Source of the DNA: a bacterium
Lineage (GTDB): Bacteria > Patescibacteriota > Microgenomatia > UBA1400 > PJMF01
Reading direction: 5' to 3'
NCBI GenBank assembly: GCA_017431625.1
Contig: JAFRKQ010000031.1
Coordinates: forward strand, 1-52,770
Length of the DNA stretch: 52,770 bases
Part shown: positions 47,700 to 52,770 of the stretch, one piece after another
Position numbering within the stretch: the stretch's first letter is position 1
How the letters are laid out: every line of letters starts with the position of its first letter
Program-made: the position numbers and the translations under genes
The notes under the pieces: model-generated
The model's input: the letters and a program-made list of their open reading frames with translations, nothing else
Databases searched by the model: none
What the model was told of the DNA's origin: nothing

Positions 47700-49100
47700 A
47701 TGGCCCAAAAACACACCACACCAGCAACATCAAAGCAAGATGTACAAAAAAATGTCCATACACCAATAAAAAATTGGGGTGGTCTCATTTACACCCTGAT
47801 TTCCGCCGTGATTATCATCTCTGGGACCTACTTTGCCATTCGCTGGGCTCAAGGCGATTTTCGCGTTGATGAGAGCTCTAGTCTACTGGCTCGCGAGACT
47901 GGACTACTCCACGCTACCTCCAATCCCAAAGGGGCCGAGGTTTACATTGATGGTAAGCTCGCTTCAGTCACTGACAACACCATTTATTTATCACCCGGAG
48001 AATATGACGTCAAAATCAGTAAAGATGGCTATAGCTCCTGGAATAAGCATATTATTATTGAAAAATCACTGGTAGCTCAGACCGGAGCTACGCTTTACCC
48101 CTACTCGCCCAATATCACCAGTATTACTTACACCGGTGTTAAAAACCCACTCGCCTCACCCGATGGCTCCAAAATTCTTTTCTACACCGATGCCGCCTCA
48201 GTCCGCACCAAAAATGGACTTTATGTACTCGACACTACAAATTTAAGCCATTCACCGCAACAAATTTGCGATGATGATCCTGACTATGACTTAGAAAACG
48301 CCCGCTTCGTCTGGTCTCCAGATAGCAATGAAATTTTGATTGTCACGCCAGTAAAAACGCTCTTGCTTAATGCCAATCGCTTTGTCAATCTCCAAGCAAG
48401 TCCAGACGTAAGTTTTCAGTTAGCAGCTACTTGGCCAGCCTGGGAATCAGACATTGCCGCTCGCGAACAACAATTTGCCAACAAAATACCGCCAAAAGCC
48501 CTACAAATCATTCAAAGTAACGCCAAAAACCTTTTTCTCTCACCTGATCAAACCAAATTGCTCTACACTGCCACCGCCAGTGCCACTATCCCTGAAGGCT
48601 TGATTGCTGCCCTCCCAGCTCCCAATTCTCAGCCGGAAGTGCGTGACATTGAGGCTAACAGACTCTACGTCTACGATTCTTATGAGGATAGAAATTACCT
48701 AATTGGCAATGTAGAAGCTACTAGTAGTGCAAAATATTTGCTCACAGTGCCTGAGCCTTTGTCTACCAGTCATCGGCTAGCTCAAAATACTGTTACCCCA
48801 GTTTTGTGTCACTTGCAAACTGACGACTTGACACATACAATGAAAAATTTCACTGAATACTACGGCTCAGCTACCACTCGCGACTGGATTTGGATGCCTG
48901 ACTCAACTCACCTGGTGGCTGTCGGCGACGGACAAATTAACATCATCACCTATGATGGCACCAATCAGACGGCTATTTATTCTGGCCCGTTTGTTGATCA
49001 CTTTTTGTTGCCAGCAGCCAACAACACCTCTATCCTGACACTAGCCAATTTTAACCCTGGTACACCAGATAATATCTACGCTATCGAGCTCACTAAGTAA
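47700..49100 (+). CDS. PEGA-domain membrane-anchored protein with beta-propeller-like C-terminal region
   Basis: TM then TGLLHATSNPKGAEVYIDG..PGEYDVKISKDGY..W; SPDG/WSPD repeats. Confidence 0.85.
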   Translation: MAQKHTTPATSKQDVQKNVHTPIKNWGGLIYTLISAVIIISGTYFAIRWAQGDFRVDESSSLLARETGLLHATSNPKGAEVYIDGKLASVTDNTIYLSPGEYDVKISKDGYSSWNKHIIIEKSLVAQTGATLYPYSPNITSITYTGVKNPLASPDGSKILFYTDAASVRTKNGLYVLDTTNLSHSPQQICDDDPDYDLENARFVWSPDSNEILIVTPVKTLLLNANRFVNLQASPDVSFQLAATWPAWESDIAAREQQFANKIPPKALQIIQSNAKNLFLSPDQTKLLYTATASATIPEGLIAALPAPNSQPEVRDIEANRLYVYDSYEDRNYLIGNVEATSSAKYLLTVPEPLSTSHRLAQNTVTPVLCHLQTDDLTHTMKNFTEYYGSATTRDWIWMPDSTHLVAVGDGQINIITYDGTNQTAIYSGPFVDHFLLPAANNTSILTLANFNPGTPDNIYAIELTK

Positions 49101-49173
49101 GAGTTGAGATACTTGCATTTCCTCGCGCATTGCGCTATTTTTGTGGTATAATACCAAGTATTAACATTACAGT

Positions 49174-49247
49174 GGGTCCGTAGCTCAGTCGGTTAGAGCG
49201 ACAGCCTTTTAAGCTGTGCGTCCTGGGTTCGAGTCCCAGCGGACTCA
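49174..49247 (+). tRNA. tRNA-Lys (TTT)
   Basis: GGGTCCG/CGGACTC acceptor; ACAGC-CT-TTT-AA-GCTGT anticodon arm. Confidence 0.95.
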
Positions 49248-49269
49248 CTGAAATTGTTGGCTTATCCAG

Positions 49270-49512
49270 TTATTTTTGTTTTGATTTATCTTTAATTCGT
49301 TTGTTTAGGTCTTTGAGGGCCTTTTTACCTAGGCTATCAATGCCGATGGTTGTCCGATAATAAATACGGTTATAAAGGGCTTTTTTCGGATTGGTAATCC
49401 AACCCCAACCTCGTGGCATTTTCAAGCCGAGACGATGACGCAAAAAGCGTTTCCACGACAAACGCGCAGCGAGTCTCTTTTTGAGCGAAAATTTGCGAAT
49501 TCCCACTTTCAT
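49270..49512 (-). CDS. Small, very basic hypothetical protein
   Basis: 80 aa, K/R-rich with GWGWITNPKKALYNRIY; TGgTAAAAT 6 nt before ATG. Confidence 0.7.
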   Translation of the reverse strand: MKVGIRKFSLKKRLAARLSWKRFLRHRLGLKMPRGWGWITNPKKALYNRIYYRTTIGIDSLGKKALKDLNKRIKDKSKQK

Positions 49513-49574
49513 GTGGCTATTTTACCACAAACTGCCTCAACAAAAAAGACATTTTTGCGGTATAATACCAGCAT

Positions 49575-49646
49575 CGGAGTGTAGCGCAGTGGTAGCGCGC
49601 GCGCTTTGGGAGCGTGAGGTCGCAGGTTCAAATCCTGTCACTCCGA
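49575..49646 (+). tRNA. tRNA-Pro (TGG)
   Basis: CGGAGTG/CACTCCG acceptor; anticodon TGG; own -10 box at 49561. Confidence 0.95.
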
Positions 49647-49765
49647 CAGAAAAATGATATTGTTTGTCACCACTATCACCAAATTGATTTAATTTGTTTC
49701 TGGAGTTTTTTACCCCTAGACAAGCGGCTTACACTTGTGCTAAAATGTCTTTCAGAAAGGCAACT

Positions 49766-51169
49766 ATGGAAAACTTGGCAATCGACCCATCTGTAGCACA
49801 GGAATTTAGTGCCCAGGTCAATCGTCTCCCAACACAAGAAAACGACCCTTTAAGTGGCCTTAATCCTGAACAAACACCCACTGATCCAACTGTGCCAGAA
49901 ACTGCGACAGAGAATCCTCCCGATCTTGATCCAGCCGCTTTACTTGAACAAAAATATCATCTTGACCCGAATGGCTTGAGCGAACTTGAACGGCGCAATT
50001 TAGAAACAGCAGTTAGAATTAACCTTGACACCGCCGAATTTGGCCTAATGGGTGATAAAATCATTGCTTATGACTCACAAGGGAACCAAACTGCGATCAG
50101 CCTAGAGCAGGCCGCCAAGATCTGGGGCGTGAGCGGCAAATTTCGAGAAGAAATGCGACGTATGGCTGATTTGCAGCGCGAGCAAGGCGGCGGCACCACC
50201 CCTGAAGACCAAGAACATTCACCAATCGCTCCAGATGAATCGTTCATCGACCATTTGAATGAGTACACACCAGGCAACATTGATCGCGCGATCCATGACC
50301 AAATTGCCGGCGGTAGTTACGATATTGCGGTAGATTTTAATCTTCTAGGCAAACAGCTGGCCGCGCTCCCTCCAGAACAACAAGATCGTATTATTGCTGG
50401 TTTGCCGCTAGAAATGCAAAATTTCATCCACTCAGAGCGTTTTGATCAAATTTTGCGCGCGCAAACACCAGGGGATTTGGGAATGGTACTAGCCCCTGGC
50501 AACGGCGAAATAGCACGCATTGCCACCAGCCCCGAATACCAGCAAGCCACTCGCTTGGCCGACAGTCAAACACCAACAGAATTTCTTGATCAAGTAGTCG
50601 CCAATAATCCAGACGCTGCCCGCGAGGCAGGCATCACCCCTGAGACAATCAACACTATGGATCAAATCAGACACGCCGAGTCTATGAGTGACGTTGTTCG
50701 GACAGTGGCGGAACACTCCAATATTCCTGGTGCCCAAGAAATGCTCAATTCAGACGAGTTTCGCGGCCTCGCCACTTTTCTTGACAATACTGATCTTACC
50801 AGATTTGTTGATATCATCAATAGCCCGATGGTACCAGACTTTGTCAAACAGTTTTTGAAGGAAATCAATGCTGGCCTCGACAAAATTGGCGCCGACTATC
50901 AACAATTGGACCAAATGACTGGCGGTCAATTGGGCATTCTCAAACAATTTAAGCATCTCATCTCTGATCTTCTTACCAAACAAGGAAGGATGTGGGGAGG
51001 CATGTTTGGGCCCTCTTACTTTTTCAATATGGGGATACCTGGCTATGGACAAAATGGAGGCAACTTCATGGGTAGTTATTATCCAGGCTATAATCCGGGC
51101 TACAATCCGGGATTTACCCAATATGGCAATACCAATCCAGAAAGGATAAATGACAGCCAACAGCACTAG
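49766..51169 (+). CDS. Acidic helical hypothetical protein with G/Y/N/P-rich tail
   Basis: Long ORF; SD GAAAGG before ATG 49766; tail YYPGYNPGYNPGF. Confidence 0.8.
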   Translation: MENLAIDPSVAQEFSAQVNRLPTQENDPLSGLNPEQTPTDPTVPETATENPPDLDPAALLEQKYHLDPNGLSELERRNLETAVRINLDTAEFGLMGDKIIAYDSQGNQTAISLEQAAKIWGVSGKFREEMRRMADLQREQGGGTTPEDQEHSPIAPDESFIDHLNEYTPGNIDRAIHDQIAGGSYDIAVDFNLLGKQLAALPPEQQDRIIAGLPLEMQNFIHSERFDQILRAQTPGDLGMVLAPGNGEIARIATSPEYQQATRLADSQTPTEFLDQVVANNPDAAREAGITPETINTMDQIRHAESMSDVVRTVAEHSNIPGAQEMLNSDEFRGLATFLDNTDLTRFVDIINSPMVPDFVKQFLKEINAGLDKIGADYQQLDQMTGGQLGILKQFKHLISDLLTKQGRMWGGMFGPSYFFNMGIPGYGQNGGNFMGSYYPGYNPGYNPGFTQYGNTNPERINDSQQH

Positions 51170-51389
51170 TCCCATTAACTATGATACGCTTCAATATGCC
51201 CAAAGGACTTGTCAGATCTTGGATAGTTTCGATACTACCGACAGTCCCGTCAAATGGGAATGTTTTGACACTCAAGCCTCAGGCGAAAGTGTCTGGGACA
51301 TGATCATGACAGCTTTCAAAAACAAGAAAAATCCGCCTGGAGTTTCCAAACAAGCATTGTCAATTAACAATCATCAAAAAGGTGCGTGA
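51150..51389 (+). CDS. Small hypothetical protein
   Basis: SD AAAGGA before ATG; overlaps the upstream gene end. Confidence 0.55.
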   Translation: MTANSTSPINYDTLQYAQRTCQILDSFDTTDSPVKWECFDTQASGESVWDMIMTAFKNKKNPPGVSKQALSINNHQKGA

Positions 51390-51474
51390 AAGATAATTTA
51401 CAAGTGCTGAGCAAAGAGGTTACACACCACCATCAGAGATACAGCCAAGAAATGCAATGATTGATGCTGTTGTG

Positions 51475-51546
51475 TGTCCGCGCCGGGAATCGAACCCGGA
51501 TTTGCCGCTTAGGAGGCAGCCGTTCTCTCCATTGAACTACGCAGAC
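51475..51546 (-). tRNA. tRNA-Arg (CCT)
   Basis: Minus strand GTCTGCG/CGCGGAC acceptor; GCTGC-CT-CCT-AA-GCGGC anticodon arm; TTCGA loop. Confidence 0.93.
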
Positions 51547-52018
51547 GCTTTAAAGCAACCAAGTCAGGCGGCACCTCACCGTAAAAATCAGTCCACGCCT
51601 GAGTTAGTGAACAAAAATCTTCCTCAAACTTCGAGTGCATATTAAGAGGCAATTGATCGATGGCAAACCAACCCACTTGATCAAATTTTGTTGGCTCACC
51701 ATTACGAGCTTGTGTGCGCTCAATTTGCACCAAATAGGTCAAAATCAGCCAGTGCGACTTTATCCCATTATTTATGCGAATTGCGTTCACAGGAGCCCCT
51801 TTTTGCCATTTAATAGGACTACAGCCATATTCTTCACGCAACTCACGGATCATGCACTCTTCAGGCGTTTCGCCAAACTCCACCTTACCCCCACTATTGT
51901 CCCAACGCCCCCACTCATCACGACAGTTCTTCCCACGCAGGTTCAAAAACAAATTCTTCTGGCCGTCATGACAGACAGCGCATGTACCCACACCAATGTA
52001 ATCAATTCCCGGTTGCAT
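51509..52018 (-). CDS. NUDIX hydrolase
   Basis: Nudix box GGKVEFGETPEECMIRELREEYG; 3' end overlaps tRNA-Arg. Confidence 0.9.
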   Translation of the reverse strand: MQPGIDYIGVGTCAVCHDGQKNLFLNLRGKNCRDEWGRWDNSGGKVEFGETPEECMIRELREEYGCSPIKWQKGAPVNAIRINNGIKSHWLILTYLVQIERTQARNGEPTKFDQVGWFAIDQLPLNMHSKFEEDFCSLTQAWTDFYGEVPPDLVALKRLRSSMERTAAS

Positions 52019-52113
52019 ACCTTGTATTATAAATCAAAATTCCCTCAAAACCGAGGCAATTTAAGCTCAATTTGTGGTATAATACGCCCAAGTTAGAAAG
52101 AAAGGCGTACCTT

Positions 52114-52593
52114 ATGAACATGCAACGTACAGCTGTCCTCGTCAAGCCAGATGGCCTTCAACGTGGACTTATCGGGGAAATTATCTCACGCTTCGAACGC
52201 AAAGGTCTCAAACTCGTCGGTATGAAAATGATCCAGATGAGCGATGAAATGCTTTCTGACTGGTATGCCGAGCACAAAGACAAGAGTTTTTTCAATGATC
52301 TCAAGGAATTTATGGCTGAGTTACCAATTATCGCCATGGTCTGGGAAGGCATTGATGCTGTCATGGTTGTGCGCCGTCTGGTAGGTACTACTCTCGGTCG
52401 TGAAGCCGAAGGTGGTTCCATTCGCGGCGACTTTGGTATGAGTCAACAATACAATCTCATTCATGCCTCAGCTAAGGAAGAAGACGCCAAACGCGAAATC
52501 GCCATCGTTTTTAATAGCAACGAATTATTCTCATATCACAGCGTTATCGACAGTGTCATCTACGCCCAATATGAGGTTAAAGAGTGTTCTTAA
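52114..52593 (+). CDS. ndk: Nucleoside diphosphate kinase
   Basis: VKPDGLQRGLIGEIISRFERKG, GSIRGDF, NLIHAS. Confidence 0.96.
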   Translation: MNMQRTAVLVKPDGLQRGLIGEIISRFERKGLKLVGMKMIQMSDEMLSDWYAEHKDKSFFNDLKEFMAELPIIAMVWEGIDAVMVVRRLVGTTLGREAEGGSIRGDFGMSQQYNLIHASAKEEDAKREIAIVFNSNELFSYHSVIDSVIYAQYEVKECS

Positions 52594-52606
52594 ACACTCT
52601 TTTTAG

Positions 52607-52678
52607 GCTTTCGTAGTGCAACGGATAGCACGTGAGTTTCCGGAACTTAAAATGTGGGTTCGATTCCCGCCGAAAGCA
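52607..52678 (+). tRNA. tRNA-Arg (CCG)
   Basis: GCTTTCG/CGAAAGC acceptor; TGAGT-TT-CCG-GA-ACTTA anticodon arm. Confidence 0.93.
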
Positions 52679-52735
52679 CCCAAAGGTTTTTCTCCATCTG
52701 CTTTTGTTAAATGAGTGCGTTTTTTGCTCTGGGAT

Positions 52736-52768
52736 TTTTTTGTGAGCCTTTAAGGCTCACAAAAAAAT
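52736..52768. repeat. Family 2 hairpin acting as probable bidirectional terminator
   Basis: TTTTTTGTGAGCCT-tta-AGGCTCACAAAAAA. Confidence 0.8.
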
Positions 52769-52770
52769 CC

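Noticed and set aside
1-52770. Alternative genetic code (UGA=Gly)
   Set aside because: Conserved genes are full-length in code 11 and several (trpS, recR, folA) end at TGA in the expected position.

Overview
52.8 kb of bacterial chromosome read in genetic code 11. Gene style and content suggest Patescibacteria/CPR, probably Microgenomates-like (inference). Housekeeping genes: trpS fused to a tRNA-binding domain, rpsF-ssb-rpsR, ychF, recR-tmk, dut, folA, murF, thrS, queH, rplJ-rplL with L10 leader, murL-murD2, ndk, six tRNAs, and a probable rRNA-operon promoter/leader at the left edge. These are interspersed with envelope glycosylation genes, secreted proteins and orphans. The most unusual signals are non-coding. 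(1) Three dispersed secreted-protein cassettes share a ~40-aa N-terminal module and carry different passenger domains (Gly-rich x2, FISUMP x1). Each has a 180-295 nt leader closed by a long stem starting at the predicted TSS, and a conserved 3' trailer plus hairpin. (2) An AAA+/DUF4143 ATPase-nuclease gene is bracketed by direct 33-bp tandem arrays. (3) Nine intergenic arrays of TGTTWAACA in 11-bp phase occur in a window that also encodes a BldC-like HTH protein. (4) A second dispersed ~80-116 bp REP/MITE-like family is present. (5) Leaderless-type promoter-start architecture is pervasive. (6) boxA-like leaders precede orphan genes. No CRISPR-Cas, integrase, transposase or reverse transcriptase is visible. 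All protein calls are motif recognition by eye, not database results.
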